Source: an uncultured Methanosarcinales archaeon (GTDB lineage Archaea; Nanobdellota; Nanobdellia; Woesearchaeales; GW2011-AR4). Taken from it: a stretch of DNA of 64,000 nucleotides. Position 1 is the stretch's first letter; the number at the start of each line of letters is the position of its first letter. The stretch lies in contig CAZMBY010000002.1 in the NCBI GenBank assembly GCA_964564925.1, positions 10,028 to 74,027 on the forward strand. Direction: 5' to 3'. The position numbers and the translations under genes are program-made. Shown here piece after piece: positions 17,733 through 26,615 of the stretch. A model generated the notes under the pieces. The model searched no databases, was not told the DNA's origin, and saw nothing but the letters and a program-made list of their open reading frames with translations.

Positions 17733-19205
17733 ATGAAAAATCGTGAGCAAATAATTGACTCGTATGTCTTGAACATTAATGACACCCTTATTGATGTGTC
17801 TATAATAACAAGCCCTGAAGAGGCTACTCCCATTTATAAGATTTCTATCACAAACATAAGCCCAACAACCAAGCTGATACTTGAAAAAATCAGGGACGAG
17901 TTTGTAGCCGAAGAGACCACATATGCAGATGAGGACTCACAAGTAAACATCCAGGAAGAATTCAGGCAAAACATACAAAAACTTCTTGTTAAGTATTTTC
18001 CAAATGCAAACAAGAAAACAATGGACATGCTGATCAATTACATCCTTCAGCAGAACATTGGGCTGGGCAACTTAGACATACTTTTGAAGGACACAAGCCT
18101 TGAGGAGATTGTCATCAACAACGCAAAGGAGCCTGTATGGGTTTATCATAGGAGGCACGGCTGGCTTAAGACCAATGTTGTGATAACAAATGAATCAAGG
18201 ATAAGGCATTACTCGACTATAATCGGAAGGGATGTCGGCAAGGAAATAACGCTTCTTAACCCATTGATGGATGCCCATCTCAAGACTGGCGACAGGGTTA
18301 ATGCGACCCTCACACCTATATCATCGAAGGGAAATACAATAACCATAAGAAAATTTGCGGTAAAGCCATGGACCATAACGGACTTCATTAAGGAGAATAC
18401 AATCTCTTATGAAGGGGCAGCATTGATTTGGATGGCCGTGCAGCATGAATTGTCCACCGTTGTTTCCGGAGGAACAGCATCTGGAAAGACAAGCATGCTG
18501 AATGTTCTAGCTAATTTTTTCCCACCCAACCAGCGCATAATCTCAATAGAGGACACAAGAGAATTGATGCTGCCTCAAGTGCTGCACTGGGTTCCACTGG
18601 AGACAAGACTTCCAAATCCCGAAGGCAAAGGGGGCATTGATATGCTTGACCTTGTTGTAAATTCCTTGAGGATGAGGCCGGACAGGATTCTTATGGGGGA
18701 AATAAGGAAGAAAAAGGAAGCTGAAGTCCTTTTCGAGGCGATGCACACCGGCCACTCAGTTTATGGCACACTTCACGCCAACAATGCGCGTGAAACAATC
18801 AACAGGCTTACAAATCCTCCGATAGACTTGCCAAAGCAGATCTTATCTGCGCTGTCTTTGATTGTTGTTCAGAACATCAACAGGAGAACCGGAAAAAGAA
18901 AAACTTTGCAGATAGCCGAAGTGCTTCCAAACGGGGACGCAAGAGTTTTGATGCAGTTCAACCCCATAAGAGACAGTTTGGACATAGTGAATGAGCCGAT
19001 ATCAATCATAGAAACTTTGAACCTTTACACGGGAATGTCGGCTTCGGAGATTTATGCAGAAATGAAGACAAAGATCATGATTCTGAAGTGGATGGTCAGC
19101 GTTAACTTGACTGACATAAACAAGATTGGCCTTTTGATGGCAAATTACTACAAGAATAAGCCGATATTGAAAGAAAGGGGTGTCCCAAATCAGCCTACTA
19201 AATAG
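17733..19205 (+). CDS. Type II/IV secretion-family ATPase (FlaI/TadA/VirB11-like), pilus locus 1
   Basis: Walker A GGTASGKTSMLN, Asp box SIEDTRE, Walker B RPDRILMGEIR, His box GHSVYGTLHAN. Confidence 0.92.
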   Translation: MKNREQIIDSYVLNINDTLIDVSIITSPEEATPIYKISITNISPTTKLILEKIRDEFVAEETTYADEDSQVNIQEEFRQNIQKLLVKYFPNANKKTMDMLINYILQQNIGLGNLDILLKDTSLEEIVINNAKEPVWVYHRRHGWLKTNVVITNESRIRHYSTIIGRDVGKEITLLNPLMDAHLKTGDRVNATLTPISSKGNTITIRKFAVKPWTITDFIKENTISYEGAALIWMAVQHELSTVVSGGTASGKTSMLNVLANFFPPNQRIISIEDTRELMLPQVLHWVPLETRLPNPEGKGGIDMLDLVVNSLRMRPDRILMGEIRKKKEAEVLFEAMHTGHSVYGTLHANNARETINRLTNPPIDLPKQILSALSLIVVQNINRRTGKRKTLQIAEVLPNGDARVLMQFNPIRDSLDIVNEPISIIETLNLYTGMSASEIYAEMKTKIMILKWMVSVNLTDINKIGLLMANYYKNKPILKERGVPNQPTK

Positions 19206-19998
19206 GATTGCTTCCTTTTACCCATTGCTGAAGCAGGATTTAAGAAGGGCCAATTTTCATTACACCCCAGCCCAATATGTTAGAAAGGGATTGACAGAGG
19301 CATTAATGTATTCTATTGTATTTACCATTCTTCTTTTTTTCGTCCTCAAAAAAGCGAATTATTCCTTGATCCTGCTGTTTCCAATTTTCATTGTGCTTCT
19401 CATGCTGCTCTTCCAGTTCTCCATAATCAAGATCAAGGCAAAGATAAAAAAAAGAGCGCGTGAAATTGATAAAGAAGTTGTTTTTGTGGGAAGGTACCTA
19501 CTGGTAAAGCTCTATTCCGGCAGGCCTCTCTTAAATGCCCTGATAGAAATAGCCAACAGCAAGGGGATAACCGCGAAGTTCATAAGGGAAATTGTCGACG
19601 ACATAGATACAGGCATGCCAATGGAAGACGCTTTGAATAAGGCAATGACATATTCACCCTCTGAAAACTTAAGAAAAGTGCTTTTTCACGTTAACAACGC
19701 ATTGCAGCTTGGCATAGACACTGCAAAGCCGCTGGAAAGTGTCTTAAGCGAAATAACTAAAGAGGAGGAGATTGAAATCAAGAAATATGGCAAGAAACTC
19801 AACACTTTGGTGATATTCTATATGCTCGGCGCAGTGATAGTCCCTTCCCTTGGAATTTCAATGTTCATAGTCATCTCAAGCTTCCTCAGCTTTCCGCTTG
19901 ATTTCAAGTCAATGATGGTGTTCACATTTTTTATCGTGGCATTGGAGTTCATATTCATAAGCCTCTTTAAATCAATCAGGCCCGCAGTAAATCTGTAA
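19180..19998 (+). CDS. T2SS-F/TadB-FlaJ-like platform membrane protein (half 1)
   Basis: Overlaps the ATPase gene. TM pair, then helical cytoplasmic domain LYSGRPLLNALIEIANS...DTGMPMEDALNKA...LQLGIDTAKPLESV, then C-terminal TMs. Confidence 0.8.
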   Translation: MSQISLLNRIASFYPLLKQDLRRANFHYTPAQYVRKGLTEALMYSIVFTILLFFVLKKANYSLILLFPIFIVLLMLLFQFSIIKIKAKIKKRAREIDKEVVFVGRYLLVKLYSGRPLLNALIEIANSKGITAKFIREIVDDIDTGMPMEDALNKAMTYSPSENLRKVLFHVNNALQLGIDTAKPLESVLSEITKEEEIEIKKYGKKLNTLVIFYMLGAVIVPSLGISMFIVISSFLSFPLDFKSMMVFTFFIVALEFIFISLFKSIRPAVNL

Positions 19999-19999
19999 C

Positions 20000-21034
20000 A
20001 TGGCGCTTAAACTAATATTTTTCGAAGAGTTTGGAAAAGCTTTTGTGCCGAAAAGATTCATGCCAAACCTGAGAAAATACCTTTTGAAAGCTGGCTTTCC
20101 AGAGGTGCCTTACAAGTTTTTTGGCTTTTTGTTTTATATATCTGCGCTGTTGACGGGAATAATCTTTATAACTCTCGTATTTCCGTACCTTAAGAGATAC
20201 TCGTTGCTGCTAATCTATGCCCTTTCTTTTGTCAGCTGGTTTGTGATACAGATATTCTTTGCGATTTTGTTCATTTTGCTGGTATATTTTTACCTGGACC
20301 TGCAGATTTATTACAGGACAAAGAATATGGAGGAGCAGCTGCCAGACTTCCTTGAGCTTTTGTCGGCAAACCTCAAGGGAGGCATGACTTTTGAAAGGGC
20401 CCTGTGGTCATCTGTAAAGCCTCGCTTCAAGATTCTGGGAAGCGAGATGGCAAAAGCCTCAAAACAGGCAATGATAGGATATGATGTCAGGAAGGCCCTG
20501 AGCGAGCTCTCTGAGAAATACGATTCTTTCATGCTGCGGCGCACAGTTGATTTGATGGTAAGCGAAATCGAAAGCGGAGGCAATGTAGCCCAATTGATTG
20601 ACAGGATTGTTGACAATCTCAGGGAAACAAAAGACTTGAAGGATGAGATGACAGCTGCTGCAATAGCATATGTGATTTTCATTTCAGTCATAGTCATTGT
20701 CATAAGCCCGCTGCTTTTCGCGCTTGCATTCAACCTTCTAACAATCATCCTGGACTTTATAGGAAAGCTTGCAGTAACAACCCAAAGAGTATCTGCGGTT
20801 TCTGCATTGCCCATAGTCTTAAAGCAGGTTTCAATAGACCCGGAAGACTTTAGGATATTCTCCATTATAACAATTTTTATCATCTCATTATTCTCTTCCC
20901 TAATAGTAGCCATCGTCGAAAAGGGTGATATAAAAGGAGGAGTCAAGTACATACCGATATACGTTGTTTGCTCCATGGCTTTCTATTTCTTTTTCATGAA
21001 AATCCTCAAAGGGCTTTTTGTAGGGCTGGTATGA
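20000..21034 (+). CDS. T2SS-F/TadC-FlaJ-like platform membrane protein (half 2)
   Basis: Starts 2 nt after the upstream stop. Motifs LPDFLELLSANLKGGMTFERAL and SEIESGGNVAQLIDRI, flanked by TM helices. Confidence 0.8.
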   Translation: MALKLIFFEEFGKAFVPKRFMPNLRKYLLKAGFPEVPYKFFGFLFYISALLTGIIFITLVFPYLKRYSLLLIYALSFVSWFVIQIFFAILFILLVYFYLDLQIYYRTKNMEEQLPDFLELLSANLKGGMTFERALWSSVKPRFKILGSEMAKASKQAMIGYDVRKALSELSEKYDSFMLRRTVDLMVSEIESGGNVAQLIDRIVDNLRETKDLKDEMTAAAIAYVIFISVIVIVISPLLFALAFNLLTIILDFIGKLAVTTQRVSAVSALPIVLKQVSIDPEDFRIFSIITIFIISLFSSLIVAIVEKGDIKGGVKYIPIYVVCSMAFYFFFMKILKGLFVGLV

Positions 21035-21054
21035 CTGTTTTTGCCTGTTCAAAT

Positions 21055-21071
21055 CGAAAAGTTTATAAATA
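21055..21071 (+). promoter_or_regulatory. BRE/TATA promoter of pilin operon 1 (leadered, with SD)
   Basis: cgaaaagtttataaata. TATA starts at 21062, 55 nt before ATG 21117. SD ggtga at 21106..21110. Confidence 0.5.
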
Positions 21072-21116
21072 ACCGAGTTGATAATTTGGATTTAATTATA
21101 AAAAAGGTGATGAATA

Positions 21117-21614
21117 ATGGCATTAAAGAAAAGTTTTAGAGCTCAAGCCGCTCTGGAATTCTTGACTACATACGGTTGGGCTTTCTTAGTTATATTGATT
21201 ATGATAGGAACTCTGGCTTATTTCGGTATTTTGAAGCCAAGCAGGGTTCTTCCATCAAGGTGCAATGTAGGCGCTGAGTTTCAATGCCTTGACTTTCAGA
21301 TAGATGACACAGCTGATGAGTTTAATCTCAGGCTGAAGAATAATGTTGGCGAAGCTATAGTGATACAAAGTATTACCTTGGCCAGTGAAGGCACCACCCA
21401 ATATGCATGCAATGTGGTTCCTGCCGGCTTTCCAGATACTGTAGGCGCAGCAGAAATTGTTGATTATCTTTGGACAACCTGTAATTCCGGACCTGCAGGC
21501 ATGGTTGCAGGAGAGAAGGGAAAGGTCGTATTTACAGTGAATTATAACACTGTATCCAGTGGCGCAACATATGCAAAGCAAGTAATAGGAGAAGCATTCG
21601 GCACAGTTGTATAA
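21117..21614 (+). CDS. Archaeal type IV pilin-like protein
   Basis: MALKKSFRA|QAALEFLTTYGWAFLVILIMIG with Glu at +5. Conserved Cys pair CNVGAEFQCLDF. C-terminus GEAFGTVV. Confidence 0.85.
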   Translation: MALKKSFRAQAALEFLTTYGWAFLVILIMIGTLAYFGILKPSRVLPSRCNVGAEFQCLDFQIDDTADEFNLRLKNNVGEAIVIQSITLASEGTTQYACNVVPAGFPDTVGAAEIVDYLWTTCNSGPAGMVAGEKGKVVFTVNYNTVSSGATYAKQVIGEAFGTVV

Positions 21615-21675
21615 GCACAGGCTTATACTTTTCTTTATTTTTCTCATTATTTTTATTTTTTGCCTTTTTCCTGGA

Positions 21676-22173
21676 ATGAAATCGCTAAAAAGAAGCTCTA
21701 AAGCGCAACTCTTGGAGTACCTGACTACATATGGATGGGCAATCCTGCTTGTTTTTGTGATATTGATATCATTCTCATATCTGAATATTTTGAACCCAAG
21801 CAGAAACCTTCCAAGCAGGTGCATAATCGGGCCTGAATTCCAATGCATTGACTTCAGGATTAGCGGCTCAGGAGACACTTTCAGCCTATTGCTTAAGAAC
21901 AATCTTCCAGAGCGCATTGTATTGACAAATATTAAATTGAGGAATGACAATTTTTATTACCCCTGTTCGCTTGAATCACCGAATGCTTTTCCAATAATGA
22001 TACCGTCTGGAAACCTGATAGACCTAAAGTGGGATGAATGCAACTTCGAAGAAATAGGATTAACTGTTGGAGAAAAGGAAAAAATAATCTTTGATTTGGA
22101 TTTTTATCTTTTGGGCAGCACCCCCAATTTTGGGCATATCGCAATAGGGGAAGCGTATGGGACAGTTGTTTGA
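21676..22173 (+). CDS. Archaeal type IV pilin-like protein
   Basis: ATG 21676 gives MKSLKRSSKA|QLLEYLTTYGWAILLVF. CIIGPEFQCIDF. C-terminus GEAYGTVV, so it is a paralog of 21117. Confidence 0.8.
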   Translation: MKSLKRSSKAQLLEYLTTYGWAILLVFVILISFSYLNILNPSRNLPSRCIIGPEFQCIDFRISGSGDTFSLLLKNNLPERIVLTNIKLRNDNFYYPCSLESPNAFPIMIPSGNLIDLKWDECNFEEIGLTVGEKEKIIFDLDFYLLGSTPNFGHIAIGEAYGTVV

Positions 22174-22301
22174 TCAAGATGAGCAGCCGATTGATATCAT
22201 TCTGCTATGTCCAAAATAGCACTTAACGTAATAATTTCCAAAAATAAAACATAAATTTTATATACACTATTCTTTATTTTTTAGGCAAAAAGAGGTTGAA
22301 T

Positions 22302-22814
22302 ATGCACAGGAAGCACTCTAGAATTGCAAAATTGCTGCCTAGCTTGAAATCGCAGGCATCACTGGAATACCTTACAACCTATGTCTGGGCTTTTTTTGCG
22401 ATTGCCCTGACAGTAGGAGCCTTGTACTCTTTCGGAGTTTTTGATTTCAACAAGTATCTCCCCCAGAAATGCACTTTCACTTCTCAATTTAAATGCCTTG
22501 ATTTCAGCATGACATCTTCCCCAACAAATGATATCAGGGTTAAGCTTCTCAATAATTTAGGCGAAAATGTGAAATTCACCTCTGTTCTCTTAACTAACGA
22601 CGCTTCACCACCTATATCATGCACTCTTCCTTCAACTAATTTTGACTGGGTGCACGGAACAGAGCAGGAATTAGTGTTCACCGGGTGCAGCCAAGGCGGT
22701 TACCTGCCTCGGGAAAGAATAGAATTAAAGATATCATTCACATATTATGCGATAAACACACCAACAAAACCTTCCCATACTGTAAACGGTAAGATAAATG
22801 GCAGAATCTCATAG
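22302..22814 (+). CDS. Archaeal type IV pilin-like protein
   Basis: SD gaggt precedes ATG 22302. ...LPSLKS|QASLEYLTTYVWAFFAIALTVG. CTFTSQFKCLDF. Confidence 0.8.
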   Translation: MHRKHSRIAKLLPSLKSQASLEYLTTYVWAFFAIALTVGALYSFGVFDFNKYLPQKCTFTSQFKCLDFSMTSSPTNDIRVKLLNNLGENVKFTSVLLTNDASPPISCTLPSTNFDWVHGTEQELVFTGCSQGGYLPRERIELKISFTYYAINTPTKPSHTVNGKINGRIS

Positions 22815-22815
22815 G

Positions 22816-23262
22816 ATGAAGGGACAATCCTCTTTAGAGTATTTGCTTATTGTAGCCCTGACTTTTGCAGTTATAGTGCCATCAGCATACCTCTTCTTCA
22901 GCTATTCAAAGGAATCAAGCGATGAAATAAAAGATTCACAGGTTGTGAAAATAGGCAAGGACATTGTTGATGCGGCAGAGTCCATCTTTTACTCAGGTGA
23001 AGGGTCAAAGACAATGCTGGAGCTTAATATACCGGACAATGTCAGGAGCGTAGTAATTATCGACGGAAAAGAGCTGGTTTTTAATGTTTCATCCGCTTCC
23101 GGCATATCAGAAATCCTATTCATTTCAGCAGTCAATATCACAACTTCTGGCTCAAACTGCAATGCCAATATATGCTCAGTCCCGGCTCTTGCACAACAAG
23201 GTCTTCAAAAAGTCAAAGTGGAAGCAATAAATCAAAATTCTGTGGCCATTACAACAATATAA
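22816..23262 (+). CDS. Archaeal type IV pilin-like protein
   Basis: MKG|QSSLEYLLIVALTFAVIV. Starts 2 nt after the upstream stop. Confidence 0.8.
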   Translation: MKGQSSLEYLLIVALTFAVIVPSAYLFFSYSKESSDEIKDSQVVKIGKDIVDAAESIFYSGEGSKTMLELNIPDNVRSVVIIDGKELVFNVSSASGISEILFISAVNITTSGSNCNANICSVPALAQQGLQKVKVEAINQNSVAITTI

Positions 23263-23285
23263 ATGAGCACAAAATAAAAAATAAA

Positions 23286-24275
23286 GTGAAACCTTCAATC
23301 AAGTCACAATCAGCAGTTGAATTCGTTGTTTTGAGTTCTTTCATGCTTTTAGTGATAGTTGGTTTTTTTGCAGTCACGAGCTCAAGGGTTCTTGAGGCTA
23401 AAGACGAGGAAAATCTGCAGATTGCACAGGACATCGCAGAATTTGCCTATCGTGAGCTCGAGATTGCGACAACAGTCAATGATGGATATGTAAGGACTTT
23501 CAGCCTGCCAAGAGAGATTAATGGCGTTCCTTACAACATATCAATAATTGGAAATAGGGAGCTGATAGTAAATTACACAGGCAACGAATATATCAAGTTT
23601 CTTCAGGCAAATATCACAGGAAACCTAAGCCCGGGCATCAATCAGCTTAGAAAGGCAAATGGAATCATCTATGTCAATCCTGTGGAAGGGCAATGCGAAA
23701 ACACACTTGATGATGACACTGATTTATTGGCTGATGAAGCTGATCCTGGATGCTACATTGGCTGCAACTACCTAAATCAAAATAGTTATCTTCCGGAAAA
23801 TTCTGAAATTGATGCATGCACTTGCGATTCGGTAGCATCGTGCTGTGATGGAATCGGATTCGGCAGCCATTACGCTGCATTTGACGGCAATTGCATTGCC
23901 CAGGAATGCTGGACTGGCTGTTTAAAACTGCCTCCTCTCTTGATGAAAAACCCGCTGTCAAATGCCCTGTCATTCAAGGATGATGGCAACGTCATTTTAA
24001 AAGGAACACTTCAGCAAGGCATGGCCCCGCAAGCAACAGATAACGACGAATTTATTTTCAAGGACAGAAGCGGCAATAACGTCGCAATAGTGGACTTGGT
24101 TACTGGAAACATGGTGATAAGTGGAAACTTAATTGAAAATCAGGAGATATTGGCTCCAGAAGACTCGAGCAACGACTTGATTATAAAAAACTCAACAGGG
24201 AATGTGATATCTTACTTTGACGAATCCGGCAATTTTCGATTGAAGGGCGCATTAACCCAAAATGGAAATCCGTAA
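23286..24275 (+). CDS. Pilin-like protein with Cys-rich and repeated GN-x-x-L-x-G-x-L C-terminal region
   Basis: In-frame GTG 23286 gives (M)KPSIKS|QSAVEFVVLSSFMLLVIVGFF. Acidic Cys motif CENTLDDDTDLLADEADPGC. Repeats DGNVILKGTLQQ, GNMVISGNLIEN, SGNFRLKGALTQ. The start codon is uncertain. Confidence 0.6.
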   Translation: MKPSIKSQSAVEFVVLSSFMLLVIVGFFAVTSSRVLEAKDEENLQIAQDIAEFAYRELEIATTVNDGYVRTFSLPREINGVPYNISIIGNRELIVNYTGNEYIKFLQANITGNLSPGINQLRKANGIIYVNPVEGQCENTLDDDTDLLADEADPGCYIGCNYLNQNSYLPENSEIDACTCDSVASCCDGIGFGSHYAAFDGNCIAQECWTGCLKLPPLLMKNPLSNALSFKDDGNVILKGTLQQGMAPQATDNDEFIFKDRSGNNVAIVDLVTGNMVISGNLIENQEILAPEDSSNDLIIKNSTGNVISYFDESGNFRLKGALTQNGNP

Positions 24276-24307
24276 ATTATGATTTAAATAAATTTCGAGG
24301 TGAAATC

Positions 24308-26392
24308 ATGGAAGAAGAAATAAATCAGCGCAAAAACCAAAAAGTGGAGTATACAAGCGCTGTCAGCAAATTTATATTTTCTTTTTTCACATCAATAATC
24401 AAAGTTTCCTTAGCGGTAGCCCTATTGATTTTGATGATTGCGATATTTGTGAATGCAGGCGATGTTATAATAGAGAGTGGAAAGCTAAATGTGAGCGATA
24501 ATTTATATGTTGACGGAACTGGAAAAGTGGGAATTGGAATAACAAGCCCTGCGCAGAAACTGGACGTGACTGGCCAAATACATTCAACAGGAGATGTTTG
24601 CACTGATTTGGCTGGCGGGAAATGCCTTAGCACTGCAGGAAGCGGAGGACTTCCATCTGGCACTTCAGCACAAACATTGAGGCATGATGGAACTAACTGG
24701 GCAGCAAGCAGCACTTTGCAAAATAACGGGGCTGACCTAATTTTAGTGCAGAACAGCAACGAAGCTCATATTGATATACAAAACACAGAAGCCGGAGGAA
24801 GAAAATATGCTCTGGTATCATCAGGCACTGCCGGTGGTTTAGGAGGCGCAGGCAAATTTTCAATTTACGATGGCAGCACAGGAATTGACACAAGCAGATT
24901 AATTATTGATGCGGACGGAGATGTTGGAATTGGAACGATAAGTCCTGGGGCGAAATTGGATGTTAATGGTGATGCGCGAACCAACGGAGTTTTACGTTTC
25001 TCGGATGTAGGGGGAACAACGCAAAGAGGATACATCTATGGGCATGCGAACCCTAATACGATTGGGTTTGGCACAAATACGGATAGAGCATTGCTTGGCA
25101 ACTTTGGCGGAGTAGGATTTCTTGTATATGATGAAAGTACAGGTTCAAAATATATCGGAATGGGTCATGACGGTACAGATGCACTTATCACATCAAGCGC
25201 AGGCGACATTACATTGGCCCCAATAGGAACAACAAAACCATTGGTGATAAAGGCAACTTCCGGCAATGTCGGCATTGGAACCACAAGCCCAGGCGCAAAA
25301 CTCCATTTAGGGGGAGTACCCGGAACTGATGGAATTATGTTTCCAGACGGCACGCTGCAGACAACAGCAGCCGCTGGAGGCGGAGGCTCAAACGGATGGA
25401 CGAAAAGCGGGACAAGTGTCTATGTGACTGACACAGTCAATGATAACGTAGGGATTGGAACGTCAACTCCGAATGAAAAGCTTCAAGTTAATGGTGTGAT
25501 ATATACTAAAGGAGATTCAAGAGGTATAATTGTTGACTCAGGTGCAAGTAAGAGAGTAGGACTAATCAAATATGCTGGAAGAGAGGCGGGAATCTGGCGC
25601 TTAAGCAGCCAAGATTTTGAAATAGGGAGAGTTGACAATACCGTCACCAGCTTGCCGGGAGCTCCTGTCTCATATACCACAGACTTATACGTTAGCGGCG
25701 CTGGAGATGTTGGTGTCGGAACTGATACTCCACAGAAAAAATTGCATGTTTTGTACAACACTGCGGCAGGAGGACCCGGAGCAACTCCTGGAGTCGTTGT
25801 GGAAAATGCGGGCGTTCAGGCAGAGGTTTTATTAAACCCAGGAGCTACTGGAAAAAATTGGATTTTATCAGCCGATGATGGCACTCAGGGCTTTAGGCTT
25901 ATTGAAGAAACGTCTCCCGGAGTTTACGCATCGCGATTTCAAATTAAGCCAGCAGTGACAGCTGGCCAAACCAATGCGTATTTGCCCTCCCTCGAAGGCT
26001 CTCCTTCACCAACCGGGCAAAGTCTGAAATATGATTCTAGTAGTGGTTTGATATCATATCTAACATCCTCAAGACGCTACAAAACTAATATTCGAACAAT
26101 GATAGATAATTTTTCCCTAATTTTAAAAGCAAGGCCGGTAGTATATAATAGCAAGAATAGCGATGCTTCAGGATATGGCTACATAGCTGAAGAGCTTGAT
26201 GAATTGGGCTTGAAGAATCTGGTGGTATATAACAAAAACTCTACACCAGAGTCAGTAAATTACGAGATGATTGGTTTCTATCTTGTAGAAGTAGTCAAGC
26301 AACAACAAAAACAAATAGAGCAGATGAACAAAACATTACTCTCTCAGCAAAAACAGATAGATGAAATTGCGGCAGAAATAAATAAACTTTGA
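24308..26392 (+). CDS. Tail-fibre-like surface fibre protein with C-terminal peptidase S74 intramolecular-chaperone domain
   Basis: N-terminal TM/pilin-like segment. Five copies of the [GD]-x-V-G-I-G-T-x-x-P-x-x-K-L-x-V motif. C-terminus SSRRYKTNIRTM...LKARPVVYN...GYIAEELDELGLKNLVVY...VNYEMIGFYLVEVVKQQQKQIEQ. Confidence 0.8.
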   Translation: MEEEINQRKNQKVEYTSAVSKFIFSFFTSIIKVSLAVALLILMIAIFVNAGDVIIESGKLNVSDNLYVDGTGKVGIGITSPAQKLDVTGQIHSTGDVCTDLAGGKCLSTAGSGGLPSGTSAQTLRHDGTNWAASSTLQNNGADLILVQNSNEAHIDIQNTEAGGRKYALVSSGTAGGLGGAGKFSIYDGSTGIDTSRLIIDADGDVGIGTISPGAKLDVNGDARTNGVLRFSDVGGTTQRGYIYGHANPNTIGFGTNTDRALLGNFGGVGFLVYDESTGSKYIGMGHDGTDALITSSAGDITLAPIGTTKPLVIKATSGNVGIGTTSPGAKLHLGGVPGTDGIMFPDGTLQTTAAAGGGGSNGWTKSGTSVYVTDTVNDNVGIGTSTPNEKLQVNGVIYTKGDSRGIIVDSGASKRVGLIKYAGREAGIWRLSSQDFEIGRVDNTVTSLPGAPVSYTTDLYVSGAGDVGVGTDTPQKKLHVLYNTAAGGPGATPGVVVENAGVQAEVLLNPGATGKNWILSADDGTQGFRLIEETSPGVYASRFQIKPAVTAGQTNAYLPSLEGSPSPTGQSLKYDSSSGLISYLTSSRRYKTNIRTMIDNFSLILKARPVVYNSKNSDASGYGYIAEELDELGLKNLVVYNKNSTPESVNYEMIGFYLVEVVKQQQKQIEQMNKTLLSQQKQIDEIAAEINKL

Positions 26393-26615
26393 ATATAATC
26401 ATACAAAATAAAACTGCGGAATCTGGGAAACGTTCATAAAAGACCACACAAAGCACAGACCAATAAAAATCCCCTAAGCACTTTTTTGGTGGGCTATCTT
26501 CTAGTGTTTAAAGTTCCAATTAGGTGTCTGGTCTAAATACTTGAACCAAAAGGGCTATCCTTGTTGGTTGATAAATCACTTTACATCCTGGATAGATAAT
26601 CAGATTGTAACTGAA

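Noticed and set aside
18543-18755. Antisense ORF inside ATPase 1 that looks 'conserved' with antisense ORF 49096..49344 inside ATPase 2.
   Set aside because: The similarity only mirrors the strongly conserved sense-strand Walker B/His-box region of the two paralogous ATPases. Neither ORF has a promoter or SD.
20311-21950. Long antisense ORFs 20311..20976 (221 aa) and 21255..21950 (231 aa).
   Set aside because: They lie entirely opposite well-supported TadC-like and pilin genes and have low-complexity composition with no recognisable motifs. They are typical shadow ORFs.
24308-26392. Possibility that the tail-fibre-like gene marks a prophage or integrated virus.
   Set aside because: There are no capsid, portal, terminase, integrase or att-like repeats nearby. 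The gene is embedded co-directionally at the end of a pilin operon and is followed by a housekeeping-type permease.
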